NCBI GenBank assembly: GCA_013416795.1
Contig: RQSC01000006.1
Location: 131,018-195,017 of the forward strand
Origin: Prasinococcaceae sp. CCMP 1430
Lineage: Eukaryota; Plantae; Prasinodermophyta
Reading direction: 5' to 3'
DNA length: 64,000 nt
The notes under the pieces are model-generated. The model was not told the origin of the DNA and made no database searches. It saw only the letters and a program-made list of their open reading frames with translations. Positions within the stretch are counted from its first letter, which is position 1; the number at the start of each line of letters is the position of its first letter. This document shows positions 47,101 to 58,364 of the stretch, piece after piece. The position numbers were made by a program, and so were the translations under genes.

Positions 47101-47322
47101 CAGCATGCACTCCTTGACCATGTCGGCGACGGCGTTCTTGATCTGCGCGCGGCGCTTGGCGAGCAGCACGATGTGCTCGTTGAGCGCCTTCCAGTCGCCC
47201 GCCTCGTGGCACAGCCGCACGATGGCCACCACCACCGCCTTGGTCTCCGCCACGTCCGCCGCCAGCCGGTGCGTCTTCTCCAGCGCCAGCAGCGACTCCA
47301 GCGCCTCGGGCAGCGAGCCCGC
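44184..47322 (-). CDS. RPN5: 26S proteasome lid subunit RPN5/PSMD12; exons 47322-46762 and 44960-44184, first exon missing
   Basis: [13 protein letters not shown]...[14 protein letters not shown]...[22 protein letters not shown]; PCI domain [29 protein letters not shown]...AKIDRPAG. Confidence 0.96.
45024..45181. repeat. Duplicate of 43252-43409 (rpl31 intron sequence)
   Basis: Apparently identical 158 bp at offset 1772; copy 1 ends at N 43410. Confidence 0.92.
45257..45319 (-). CDS. rpl31: Displaced exon 2 of plastid L31
   Basis: CAG|[21 protein letters not shown]|GTGCGC, the L31 N-terminal K.D.HP motif that directly precedes VWCNGE. Confidence 0.88.
45399..46735 (-). CDS. Pentatricopeptide-repeat protein, internal fragment
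   Basis: 35-aa repeats [18 protein letters not shown]...[42 protein letters not shown]. Confidence 0.92.
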
Positions 47323-47676
47323 CTGCGGGAGGACGCGAGCGAGCGAGAAAGCGAGCGGGGGAGCGCGCGTCAGGGGTGGGCGACGCGCACGCAGGGAAAG
47401 GTGGGGGGATCGAGCGCGGCAGCCTTCGAGCGGCACGCGAGAGGCGCGGCGACGCCCCGGAGGGCGCGGGGCCGCTGGGGGAGGGCCGGCCGCACCAGGG
47501 TGGGCGCGCGNGTGCGCTGCGGCGGCGCGCACCGCGCTGCCGCGGCCTTGGCGGGCGCTCGCGTGTGCGCCCCCCCTTCCTCCTCCTCGCTTGCCCTCGC
47601 CGCTCGAGCTGCGCTCCGCGGCTGACCCTGCTGCGTTTCCCCCACGCGTCATGCGTGCTCGCGCGCAGAGGATGCC

Positions 47677-47904
47677 GTGGTGCCGGCGGCGCTGCGAGCC
47701 GGCCTCACACCTGAGGCCGCGGCTATGGCGGGCGTGCGATACCACGGCCTGTCCGCCGACGCCGTGGGTGAGGCCGCCCTGCTCGAGTTCGGGGCGGCGT
47801 ACGGCACGCTGCGCGAGATGGGCTTCGGCGCGGCCGTCGTCACCGGCGCGCTGCGCCTGGCGAACAACAAGGTGGACGCCGCCGCCAACCTGTGCATGCA
47901 GTGA
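47677..47904 (+). CDS. UBA-like domain, C-terminal fragment
   Basis: TLREMGFGAAVVTGALRLANNKVDAAANLC (UBA MGF motif). Upstream part lost at N 47511. Confidence 0.7.
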   Translation: MVPAALRAGLTPEAAAMAGVRYHGLSADAVGEAALLEFGAAYGTLREMGFGAAVVTGALRLANNKVDAAANLCMQ

Positions 47905-48241
47905 GGGCTGCGCGCGCGCGCGCGCGCGCGAGCAGCCGTGTACACGAGTGTAATACCCCCGCCATCAGATCGTTGCGAACCCTTTACCGCCGCACCCACG
48001 CCGCGGCGCTACTGTGGCACGCGCGCCAGGGCCGTGCGCATCCCTGCACACATTCATCCTTCGCAATAGTGAAAATCCAGCACATGTGCATTATGTATTG
48101 ATTTCAACGGAATGTGCATCCCAAAAAGGGACGTTCCGGAAGCGGCTTCGAAACGCGCGGGCGCGCACAAACGCGATCGGAAATGGGCGCATGAAAAAAG
48201 AAAAAGAAAAAGTAGAGTATGCCCGCCTCCGAAGCGGGCAC

Positions 48242-48283
48242 ACTCACACACACACACGCGCACATGTGAACACGCGCGTGCTC

Positions 48284-48339
<56 letters not shown>

Positions 48340-48471
48340 CGTACACACACGTGTACACAGACACACACACCGCACACACGCACGCACACACACACACGCA
48401 CGCACACGCACACACACAGCCATGACACACACAGCTGACGCACACACACAGCTAACACACACACACACAGC

Positions 48472-48518
<47 letters not shown>

Positions 48519-48525
48519 ACACACC
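48242..48525. repeat. Intergenic (CA)n microsatellite
   Basis: Long interrupted CA tract between convergent genes. Confidence 0.9.
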
Positions 48526-48626
48526 GGCGCGCGCGCGCATGTCGTGCCACCCGCGTCCGCTTCTCCTCCTCGAGCGCGCGTCTCTCTTTGCCGATGGCTG
48601 CCATTGCCGCCGTTTTCTTAGCGCTC

Positions 48627-50223
48627 CTACTCGACGGCGAGGGGCTCCGCCTCCTCCGGCGCGGCGGCGGGCATGGCGAGCGGCTTGGGCGCGGCGCCCT
48701 TGGGCCTGCGGCGCCTGGCGTGGCCCTCCGGGATGGGCGGCGCGGTCTCCATGGGGATGTCGCCCCTCATCATCTTGCCGAGGTTGGCCATCTGCAGGCG
48801 CATCCCCTGGAACTGCGCCACCATGAGGTCGACGGCCTCGAGCTCCTTGCCGGACTCCTCCGCCACGCGCTCGCGGCGCGCGAGCGCGTCGGCGGGGTCC
48901 TCGGCGTCGGGCATGAGCAGGTCGGGGTTGGACTTCTCCTCCTCGGTCATCACGTCGATCATGGCGCCGAAGTCCTTCATGGACTTCTGCGCGTCGCGCA
49001 TCTGCTTGGGCGTCATCTTGTTGCCGCCGGGGAGCATGGCCATCACGTTGGAGAAGGCGCCCATGCGCTCCATCATCTTCATCTGGCCCATGAAGTCGTT
49101 GAAGTCGAAGTTGGCGTCCATGAGCTTCTGCTGGATGCGCGCGGCCTCCTCGGCGGAGACGGCCTCCTCCGCGCGCTCCACCAGCGTGAGCACGTCGCCC
49201 ATGCCCAGGATGCGGCTAGTCATGCGGTCGGGCACGAAGGCGTCGAGGTCCTCCATGCGCTCGCCGATGCCCACGAACTTGATGGGCCGCCCCGACACCT
49301 CGCGGATGGAGAGCGCCGCACCGCCGCGCGAGTCGCCGTCGAGCTTGGTGAGCAGCGCGCCCGTGATGCCGATCTGCTGGTTGAAGGTGTCCACCAGGTT
49401 GGCCGCCTCCTGGCCCGTCATCGCGTCCACCACCAGCAGCGTCTCCTGCGCCGCCACCTCGTCCTTGATGGCCTGCAGCTCCGCCATGAGCTTGGGGTCC
49501 ACCTGCAGCCGCCCCGCGGTGTCCACGATCACCGCGTCGAAGCCCTCCGCCGCGGCCTTGGCCACGCCCTCGCGCGCCACGTCCACGGGGTCCGCCTCCG
49601 TCCCCTTGTCGAACACGGGCATGCCCACCTGCTCGCCCAGCGTGCGCAGCTGGTCGATCGCCGCCGGGCGGTACACGTCGGTGCCCACCAGCAGCACGCG
49701 CTGCTGGCGCCGCCGCAGGTACGTCGCGAGCTTGCCGCACGCCGTCGTCTTGCCCACGCCCTGCAGGCCCGCCATGAGGATCACCGTCGGGCCGCTGGTG
49801 TTGGTGGCCAGCGGCGCCTGCTTGCCGCCCATCAGGTTGGTGAGCTCGTCGGCCACCACCTTGACGAGCTGCTGGTCGGGCCGCACGCCCTTGACGACCT
49901 CGGTGCCGAGCGCGCGCTCCTCCACGCGCTTGACGAAGCGCCGCACCACCGGCAGCGACACGTCCGCCTCGAGCAGCGCGCGGCGGATGTCGCGCAGCGG
50001 CGCCTTGATGTTCTCGGCGTTGAGCTCGCCCAGCCCCGCCGCCTTCTGCCACGCGCTGTTGAGGTTCTGCGTCAGGCTGCCGAAGCCGTCCGCGGTCGCG
50101 CGCAGGCGCCGCGGCGCCGACGAGCGCGGCGCGCGCGACACCGACGCGNNNNNNNNNNCGCGCCGGCGCCGCCGCTGCTGCTGCTGCTGCGCGCCGCCGA
50201 CGCGCGCGACGTCGCGCCGGCAT
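48627..50223 (-). CDS. ffh: Chloroplast signal recognition particle 54-kDa protein
   Basis: DIRRALLEADV, GLQGVGKTT, DTAGRLQ, TKLDGDSRGGAALS and a Met-rich M domain. The transit peptide spans a short gap, so the start at 50223 is tentative. Confidence 0.97.
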
Positions 50224-50830
50224 CGCACCTTCACTTTGATATCTCATACACCCACGGGCGAGCACACCAGCTGGCGCCAGGTCAGCCCGAAGGGGCGCGC
50301 GGAGATCTCCCCGCGGAATGCAACTCCGAAATACTCTTCCTCCCGCGTTGTTCTTTCGCATGTGTATGCTCTTTAATTCATATTCTGTGCTCTTTGGTTG
50401 CAACGACGGTGATGAAATCTCCGAGGTTCCCGCGGGCGCCATGCCGAGTTTATCCAGCCGCGCGCCCGCGCGCGCGCCCGGGCCGGAACCTCCGCGCGCA
50501 TTACGGTTTTACCCATCAGGGTCTAATACGCACCACCACTTCGAATGCCCTTTGACCTGCGCTCTCGTGCGCGTGCGCGACGGATGAGGTTTTGGGGTGG
50601 TGTACATGCCGTGATTAAATGTTGTTTCGAACGCAGATGCGTCGCATTTCGCACCCGCGGTTTGCGCGTCGCATAAGCCACGGATGAGGATTTCAATTCG
50701 TGTGAGTCACCGTAATTCTAAGTATTTTTATTACTTAAGCGTATGCAATTTGGGACCGTGGTTTGTGTGGTGAGCGCGGAGGTTGAGGTTCCGGCCGGCG
50801 GCCCCCGCGCGCGCGCCCCGGGGAGCGCGT

Positions 50831-51075
50831 GGATATGGATTCCATTTGGAATCCATACTACACGGCAGAAAACACGTTAAATGGAATCCATTTTGCATTG
50901 TATGTGTCATATGTGAACATTGCGTGAGATGGAATCCAGGGATCTCGCGCGCGCGCACCGCCGTGCGATATGGATTCCATTTGGAACCCACTTCAAACCG
51001 CTGTTGTACCAAATTATGGAATCCATTTTGAATGGGATGTGACTTGGGTTTGTGGTGGGGTGTGGTGGAATCCGC
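50831..51075. promoter_or_regulatory. Cluster of TGGAATCCA/TGGATTCCA motifs, including the palindrome ATGGATTCCA-TT-TGGAATCCAT, in a divergent promoter
   Basis: About 7 motif copies arranged as two units of about 135 bp. The function is inference. Confidence 0.5.
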
Positions 51076-51156
51076 GGATCTCGCGCGCGCGCGCGCAATC
51101 GGCGCCCCGATCCGCAGCCCTGCTGCGCGGCGCGCGCAGGCGGGCGCCGGCGCGTN

Positions 51157-51243
51157 GGGAAGTACCTCATTCTCATGCTCGGGCTGTGGTACTGCCTGCT
51201 CCTCGGCGGCATCAACGCGGACGCGGCGGGCGTGGTCGCCGCG
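51157..51243 (+). other. Short NhaA-like antiporter fragment joined to chlM
   Basis: YLILMLGLWYCLLLGGINADAAGVVAA resembles NhaA LW...L.SG(V/I)HA..AGV. Starts at N 51156. Confidence 0.45.
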
Positions 51244-52166
51244 GGCATGGGCGCGGCGGCGCTGCTCGCCGAGTCCGACCCGGAGAAGCGCCGCTCGGAG
51301 ATGGCCGCCGCGGCGGGCGGCGACGAGATGAAGAGCGTCAAGGACTACTTCAACGGCACGGGCTTCGAGCGCTGGCAGAAGATCTACGGCGAGACGGACG
51401 AGGTGAACAAGGTGCAGCTGGACATCCGCGAGGGCCACGCGCAGACGGTGGAGAAGGTGCTCGCGTGGGTGGACGCCGAGGGCGGCGCCGACGGCATCAG
51501 CGTCGTCGACTGCGGCTGCGGCACGGGCTCGCTCACCGCGCCGCTCGCGCTGCGCGGCGCGCAGGTGTACGCCACCGACATCTCCGACGCCATGACCGGC
51601 GAGGCCGAGAAGCGCACCGCGGCCGCCATCGAGGCGGCGGGCAAGGGCGTCATGCCCACCTTCGAGCCGCTCGACCTCGAGGTGCGCCGTGCGCCAGCGC
51701 GTGCGTGCGTGTGGTGTGCACGGGTGGGTGCGGGTGCGTTTCGGTGTGCGCGTGTGCAATGGGCGTGCCCGCGTGTCTCCTCTGCCTACCACCCGGTCGC
51801 TGACCTTCCGACGCCGGCTGGCGCCCGCGCACCCCGTAGTCCGTCTCTGGCAAGTACCACACCGTGGCGTGCCTCGACGTGATGATCCACTACCCCGATG
51901 AGAAGGCCGCCGGCATGGTGAAGCACCTGGCAAGCCTCGCCGAGGACCGCGTGCTTGTCTCCTTCGCGCCCAAGACGCCCTACTACACCATCCTCAAGCG
52001 CGTGGGCGAGCTCTTCCCGGGCCCCAGCAAGGCGACGCGCGCCTACCTGCACGCCGAGGAGGACGTCGAGAAGGCGCTCAACGAGGCGGGCTGGAAGGTC
52101 GTCAAGCGCGAGATGACCGCCACGCAGTTCTACTTCTCGCGGCTGCTCGAGGCGGTGCCCATGTAA
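51244..52166 (+). CDS. chlM: Mg-protoporphyrin IX methyltransferase; intron 51682-51839, 5' end chimeric
   Basis: VKDYFNGTGFERWQKIYGETDEVNKVQLDIREGH, VDCGCGTGSL, CLDVMIHYP, LFPGPSKATRAYLH, TQFYFSRLLEA. Confidence 0.97.
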
Positions 52167-53163
52167 TGTGAACGAAAGGTGGGGCGCGTGCCGACATTTT
52201 ATGTGCACATGCGGGCACGTGCGCGTGCGCGCGCGCACGTACACGCACATGCGCACGCACGTATGCACGCGCGCGTGGGCGGAGGGGTGCGCTCTGCACT
52301 CACACATGCACGTCTCGCATCACATCTTCAGCAGGCACAATGAAATGAAGCGTGCTTGGGATCACCTCAACATGCACGCCACCACCATCGAAATTGTGTC
52401 AATGCCAACTCGTATGGCGGGGCAGCAATGGCTTGGCCTGAGGCGGGGGCAGGAGCGAAGCAAGAGCACGCGCTCTGCGCATGGCGAGGCGCGGTCGGAG
52501 CGATTTTTCTTGGCTACACGCAGAAATCCGTTCAATCAAATCATTGAAATGACTGCTCCGATGTTACGTCTCGCACTACATTACGATGACATGACACCGA
52601 TTACTAACGAACTGGCGGCGCACACGTCGGCACGCGCCCGCAGAGCTCGTGTCTATTTGCATTGGTTGGTGTCGAAACGCGCCTCTTGGGCGGCCTGGAG
52701 GCACCCGGCACCGACCGACGCGTGACCCCGACGCGCCCGGGCAACTGGGCCAGGTCGTCATGTACTCACATGCGCAGGCCTGCCATGCGCGGCGTAAACC
52801 AAGATACGGATAGATACGCGACAGTCAACGCGACCTCCGAGGGGTCGTTAGCAGTACCAGAGAGAGGAAGAGGCCAATGGCCCGTAGCCGCGTGAAGAGC
52901 TCCTCTGAATGCGAGGCGTGACCTGGGACATGCTGGCGCTGCGGCGGTCGCGCAGCGGTGCTTGCGTGCTCCGCCATGGAAGTGCGGCACACTCGCGCGC
53001 GGTCGCACGCGTGGGCGGGCCGCCACAGGAGAGGAGACACGTGGGAGTGCGAAGAGGTCACGCCTGGCCTGTCTTGCATTCTTCTCAGCGCCGCGTGGTT
53101 GCTTGCACACCTGGGCGCGCCGTCCAGCGCGTGCTACTTCACTGCCTGCTCTCTGAGCGGGCG

Positions 53164-56100
53164 ATGAATGTGGGGTCTGCCGTCGAGAAACTCGTGCGAG
53201 GTGTGGGGCTGGAGGGCGCGTTCCGGTCGTGGCCACCGTGGCGCCAGGAACGTGGAGCCAATGTGTCGGAAGATGCCGAGGCGCAGACTTTGAAGCATCG
53301 CAGACGTATCGAGCGACTCACGAAAGCCAAGGCTAAGGCGACCGCAGATGCGGAGGCGGCCGAGTTGCGCATTGCCAAGCTGGAGGCAAAGCTCGAGGAG
53401 GCTCGCGCGCAGCAGCCGACGCAGCGAGAGGGCGTGAACTGCAAGCAGGTAGATGGCGATAGCAAGGCCACACTTCCCGAACTAAAACGGAAGAAGAAGA
53501 AAACACAAAGTCATATGCCACCGAAACAGCCCGCGAGCCCAACAGAGAAAAAAAGGAAGCCATTACACAAAAGTCCGGCACACGAGGGCGCCTGCTGGCC
53601 CGCCAGGCCCGGGAGGGCGCAAACTCGGCTCGGAGCACTGCACACGCAGGTACCTGATCATTTCTGCTGGTCTTCCGATCCTAAGTCAGAGTATCCCAGC
53701 AAAGACTACGGCTGCGAGATCGACAAGCTGCGCGCCACGCGCGCTGCGGAGCTCGCTCGTGCCGCGCTGGACAGGGCGCGGTGCGCACGGGATGCTGCCG
53801 AGGCAGCCGCCAAGTCTGTGCGCATTGAGTACATCATCGCTGGAGATACAGATGACCACCATCCACCCCGCAATCCTGCTGGCGGAAACATCGCAGGCGA
53901 AGGCAACTTGTGCACATTGGCGGATAATTCGGGGAAGGAGGCGAAGAAGGCACAAGATAACCTGGATAAGGTGGTAGAGCTGGTCAAAGACGCAACCCAT
54001 TCTGCCAACGAGACGACAAAACTCGGTGCTGCCCGTGACGAGGCCGAGAGGAGGGAAAAGTCAGACAAGACAGTGACAGATGCTCAGACTGCAGCCATGT
54101 TTGCAGACAAAGCTACGGACGCAGCCAACGACGCGCGGCGCCTGGCGAACGTTGCCTGGGACCTCGGGTCAGTGAAATCAAAGTCTGAGCAGGAGCTTCA
54201 GGAGGCAGTGACGGCCCTCCTCAACGAGTCCTGCAGACCGCCATTCGCTGAGTGCATCACCGAGCAGTACCGCACGGTCAAGCTCGAGGTCCGGCAGCTT
54301 GGACACAAGAAAGAGTACGCAAAGGCGTCTACTCACTTCAAGTTCCTCATGCGACTTTGTGATGACGAGACGACAGGCAGTCCCGTCGACTGTGACACCG
54401 AACGCGCGTGCCTCTGCGAAGAAATTATGGCAGGCACGTGGAAGGTCGAGCGACTGCTCAGAAAAGGTTACGCTCGTCAGTGGGCAATTCTGCGCGCCGA
54501 TGACGAGATCTTTGGCATCCAAGGCGCGTTCGATGATGGTTCTGAGATATGGGGCGTGCTTCCTCGGCGGTGCTTCAAGAACGACCAAGCCGCGTTCAAC
54601 GCATACGACGAAGCTGACAGGAAGGTCGACACACTCTTGGATAGGATTGACGAGAACGAAGGGATCGAACAAGAACTAAAGGGTGTAGAGACTGTTCTGA
54701 AGAAGCTGCAGATCCTGGCACAGTATTCCAAGGCAGCCATGCTGGAAGCAGACCGAGGCTGCGGCGCACACCAGAAGCTGCCAGTGGTGAGAAATTGCAG
54801 GAATCGCGGGTTGCACCCTGTACTTGAGACAGTCGTGAAGCTGCCCCTCATTGGCCCCCTCATCGAGCGCTGTCACGTAGTCGAGGTGGAGATGCGCGGG
54901 CGCGTGTTCAGGCCACGACGCCGTTTGAGCTCAAAAGAGCACCAGGCGTGTGAGCTCTACAGTGACAGCCTTGAATACGACGAAAATGAGGACAAGGAAC
55001 GCTCATCTCAAGGCCTCCACGATCAGGACGCAAACTCGGAGATCAATGAAGAGAATGCCCACACGGACGAGCAGAAGCCAAATACGACGCTCTACAGTGA
55101 CAGCCTTAAAGACGACGAAAATGAGGACAAGGAACGCTCATCTCAAGGCCTCCACGATCAGGACGCAAACTCGGAGATCAATGAAGAGAATGCCCACACG
55201 GACGAGCAGAAGCCAAATGCGACCGATGTGCAACCTGGCGAGGTATCCTTTTTTCGCAACTACTTCAATTTGTCGAACCTCGAGACATTGGAGGCCGACA
55301 GGATAGTCGACAGCTTTGCCAGCCGAGGCGCGCACTATGGGTTGCTTTTGTGGTCAAACGGTGATCTCCGCATGAACGAAGAGACGCAAAATTTCGTGCG
55401 CCAGCTCAGGCACGATGCGAGAGAGCACATGGAGACCGCGCTGGAGGGGTACCTTCGCGGAGCAGCGAATTCGACGGCCATATACCAGGCATGGGCCACG
55501 GCTATGGCAGGCTACATCCTCATCCAAGGCACATCGCGCTCTTTCCCGTTCCGCGACGAATCACGTGGCCTGCGACTATTGTTGCGCAGCGCGGTGCTTG
55601 GTAGCCCCTTCGGCATGTTTCTGTGTGGCCGAATGTACATGCACGGGTCGGGCGTCGAGCGAAACGTGGAAAGGGCGATGAAGTTCTACAGCTGCGGTGG
55701 AGCCGCCGGCTCGCGGGCGTGCTTGTTCCAGCTGGGGTTTTTGCAACAATACGGCCTCAAAGATCATGTCGAAAAAGACACGGAACAGGCGTTGATATAC
55801 TACCGCAAGGCCGCTACCGAAGACACGTTCGCCGACCCAGAGGAGCCCCTGCTTGAGTCGAGTATCCTGGCTTCGATGCTGCACGAAAATGTTGGAATTG
55901 ACTTCACTGAGGACACCCTTGGTGGCAATGTCGGCTCGTTGCTCACCTGGTCACTCGCGGGACAGGCTTTTCTCTTCAGCGCGGCAACCTTGGTGATGAA
56001 CAACAGCCAGCCGTTCCACTACGCCCCGTTGCTGATAATCCTTCCCATCGTCGGAATCGTCCTCGCGTTTAACATGCTATTGTCGAACGTAGTCATGGCA

Positions 56101-56598
56101 AGACGAAACTCCCGGCGACGACGTGAGCTACTGAAGCTGTACCATTGGAAGCGATTCGCGTACGAGATGGCCACACGAGACTACGTTCTACCTCCCGTGC
56201 TCGATGGGATCCCAGGCACTGCGATCGCCCTCTATGGGGTCATTACGTATGTAGGCTATCCGGTCTGGTACGTGTTGGGCGGTATCTTCTTCCCACTCTT
56301 TGGCATCAGCAAGAAGCACAGGAAGGAGATCGAGCGCAAGCGCAGGCCCGAGATGGTCTTGCACCTGTCCAATTTGGTAGAGGTGGTCAACGTGGTCATC
56401 GCGATCACTTTTCTGGTTGCCTGGGCCGTCGTACTCGCGAATGAGGTAACCTTGCGGGACCGCGGCTGTAGCAACTGGTGGGACAACGTCTGCATGAACA
56501 GCGCTGTCAAGTGCGCAACTGAGGACTCTGAGGACCAGTGCAACGGCGAAGTGCCATTCCGTTTCGAAGCGGAAGTAACCAATATTCTCTCGGGGTAG
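53164..56598 (+). CDS. Large protein: coiled-coil N-terminus, acidic 45-aa duplication, Sel1-like repeats, C-terminal multi-TM region
   Basis: ORF longer than 1100 codons. Sel1 motifs GMFLCGRMYMHGSGVERNVERAMKFY and LFQLGFLQQYG...VEKDTEQALIYYRKAA. About 4 hydrophobic helices follow. Start uncertain (frame open from 52909). Confidence 0.8.
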   Translation: MNVGSAVEKLVRGVGLEGAFRSWPPWRQERGANVSEDAEAQTLKHRRRIERLTKAKAKATADAEAAELRIAKLEAKLEEARAQQPTQREGVNCKQVDGDSKATLPELKRKKKKTQSHMPPKQPASPTEKKRKPLHKSPAHEGACWPARPGRAQTRLGALHTQVPDHFCWSSDPKSEYPSKDYGCEIDKLRATRAAELARAALDRARCARDAAEAAAKSVRIEYIIAGDTDDHHPPRNPAGGNIAGEGNLCTLADNSGKEAKKAQDNLDKVVELVKDATHSANETTKLGAARDEAERREKSDKTVTDAQTAAMFADKATDAANDARRLANVAWDLGSVKSKSEQELQEAVTALLNESCRPPFAECITEQYRTVKLEVRQLGHKKEYAKASTHFKFLMRLCDDETTGSPVDCDTERACLCEEIMAGTWKVERLLRKGYARQWAILRADDEIFGIQGAFDDGSEIWGVLPRRCFKNDQAAFNAYDEADRKVDTLLDRIDENEGIEQELKGVETVLKKLQILAQYSKAAMLEADRGCGAHQKLPVVRNCRNRGLHPVLETVVKLPLIGPLIERCHVVEVEMRGRVFRPRRRLSSKEHQACELYSDSLEYDENEDKERSSQGLHDQDANSEINEENAHTDEQKPNTTLYSDSLKDDENEDKERSSQGLHDQDANSEINEENAHTDEQKPNATDVQPGEVSFFRNYFNLSNLETLEADRIVDSFASRGAHYGLLLWSNGDLRMNEETQNFVRQLRHDAREHMETALEGYLRGAANSTAIYQAWATAMAGYILIQGTSRSFPFRDESRGLRLLLRSAVLGSPFGMFLCGRMYMHGSGVERNVERAMKFYSCGGAAGSRACLFQLGFLQQYGLKDHVEKDTEQALIYYRKAATEDTFADPEEPLLESSILASMLHENVGIDFTEDTLGGNVGSLLTWSLAGQAFLFSAATLVMNNSQPFHYAPLLIILPIVGIVLAFNMLLSNVVMARRNSRRRRELLKLYHWKRFAYEMATRDYVLPPVLDGIPGTAIALYGVITYVGYPVWYVLGGIFFPLFGISKKHRKEIERKRRPEMVLHLSNLVEVVNVVIAITFLVAWAVVLANEVTLRDRGCSNWWDNVCMNSAVKCATEDSEDQCNGEVPFRFEAEVTNILSG
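54955..55218 (+). repeat. In-frame tandem duplication, period 135 bp (45 aa)
   Basis: LYSDSL(EY/KD)DENEDKERSSQGLHDQDANSEINEENAHTDEQKPN twice, at 54955 and 55090. Confidence 0.97.
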
Positions 56599-56957
56599 AG
56601 TGTGTGGAAGGGCGAGCGCATGGAGTGACATGGGCCGCCCTGCTTGTCGCCGAGCAAAACGTCGACACGGCGCTCGATAGGGCCGGCTTGGAGGTCGCCG
56701 GGCGCGAGATCATCGCCGCGCAGGTTACAATCTCGAAGCTGCTGGACGGTGCCTGTGTAAGATCGGGTAGGCGCACGAGCATGTGCTGCCGACTATGACG
56801 CGCGGGCATCCTCGAGCGCGCGCGAGAGAGAACCGCACGCACGCGCAAGCGCGCGTCTCAGCGTCTACGCGTGCGTGCGTGTGTGTGCCTGGGCACGCGT
56901 CCGTGCGCGAGTGCGTGTGAACGTCATCCGACGATTCGACACTGCTGCACGCCACAC

Positions 56958-57988
56958 CTACGCCTTGGAGGCGCCGCGTCGGCGGCCGACGACAAGCTTC
57001 AGCCGGCTACTCGTTCTATGTTCCGGCGACCGGAGGCACTCGAGGAACGCGGCGGCGCGGGCGGGCAGCGCGTCGCCGAAGTACTCGGCCGGAAACTTCA
57101 TCCGCTCCAGCCGCCCCCGCCAAGCCTCGAGCACCTCCGGAGAAGCGGGCCCGTCGAACGCCAGCTCCGCGTCCGTCCAGTCGCTCTGCAACACGACCTC
57201 CAGCCCCGCCGAGCGCATCGCGTCCGCCACCGCCCTCCCGGCGAAGGCGTCGTAGCCGTGCCCCTCCGCCAGCGCGCGCTCCATCCGGCGAAACTCCTCC
57301 GCCCCGCCGTCGGCCTGGGGCTCGTGGCACGAGAAGAGGCCGTCCGTCTCGACGACGGCCAGGAGGCCGCCGGGGCGCAGCAGGGACGCCCAGGAGCGCA
57401 GCAAGGGCTCCATTTCTGCGCCGAAGTACTGCACCTGTCGTTGGTTTGCATTTGTGTGTGTCACGCGCGCTGCTTGCGTCAGCGCACGGTGGTCAAGTAG
57501 CAGCGGCACGGCGTTGCACGGAGTTGGTAGATGCAATAGCGGAAGTGTCCGACGAAGACATTAGCACCAGCGCACATAGCGACCCTCGTCCACTCGACAC
57601 TCACCGCGAACGAGCTCCAGATGAGGTCCGCCGGCCGCTCAAGCCCAAGCGCGGCCAGCGAGAGGCCCCTCAGGTCGTGCCGCACGAAGCGCACGCCCGT
57701 ATGCGCCGCCTCGGCGGCGTCCAGCATCGCGGGGTCGCCGTCGACGCCGACGACCGGGTCCCAGCCCCGAGCCCGCAGCAGCGCGGCCACCTCGCCCGTC
57801 CCGCAGCCCATGTCCACCGCCGCCAGCGGCGCAGAGAAAGGAGCGCCGGGGCAGCCGCCCCCGTCCAGATCGGCTTCGCCCCGCAGCGCCACCACGGCGT
57901 CGAGCATGGTGGGCCACTGCCGCCAGGTAGCCTGCGCGCGCCGCTGCGTGGCTGTGGCTTCTTCGGCGCTGTCCTTGGATGTCGACAT
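56958..57988 (-). CDS. Class I SAM-dependent methyltransferase; exons 57988-57605 and 57434-56958
   Basis: VDMGCGTG, VVGVDGDPAMLDAA, DLIWSSFA|VQYF, LLRPGGLLAVVE. Confidence 0.9.
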
Positions 57989-58174
57989 GCGTCTCCGCGG
58001 CGGCGCGGACGGCGGCGGGTGGCGTGACCGAGAGCACGGCGGGCGAGGTGGCGTTGGTGTATAGCAGATGAGCGCGCGGTGCCGCTGCGCCAACACCACC
58101 GGCGGCGTCCGCATCGCGCGGCGCGCGGATCCTGTGGCGCCCGCAAAGCGCGACGCTTACGCGCGCCGCCGCGA

Positions 58175-58364
58175 CTACTACACTATCCTCAAGCGCGTGG
58201 GCGAGCTCTTCCCGGGCCCCAGCAAGGCGACGCGCGCCTACCTGCACGCCGAGGAGGACGTCGAGAAGGCGCTCAACGAGGCGGGCTGGAAGGTCGTCAA
58301 GCGCGAGATGACCGCCACGCAGTTCTACTTCTCGCGGCTGCTCGAGGCGGTGCCCATGTAATGT
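58175..58364 (+). repeat. Direct-repeat copy of the chlM 3' end (51980-52169)
   Basis: 190 bp with one synonymous difference seen (acc/act). Includes the stop codon; no chlM sequence upstream. Confidence 0.96.

Noticed and set aside
58068-58361. Second chlM gene
   Set aside because: Only the last 61 codons are present, without the SAM-binding motif or upstream exon.
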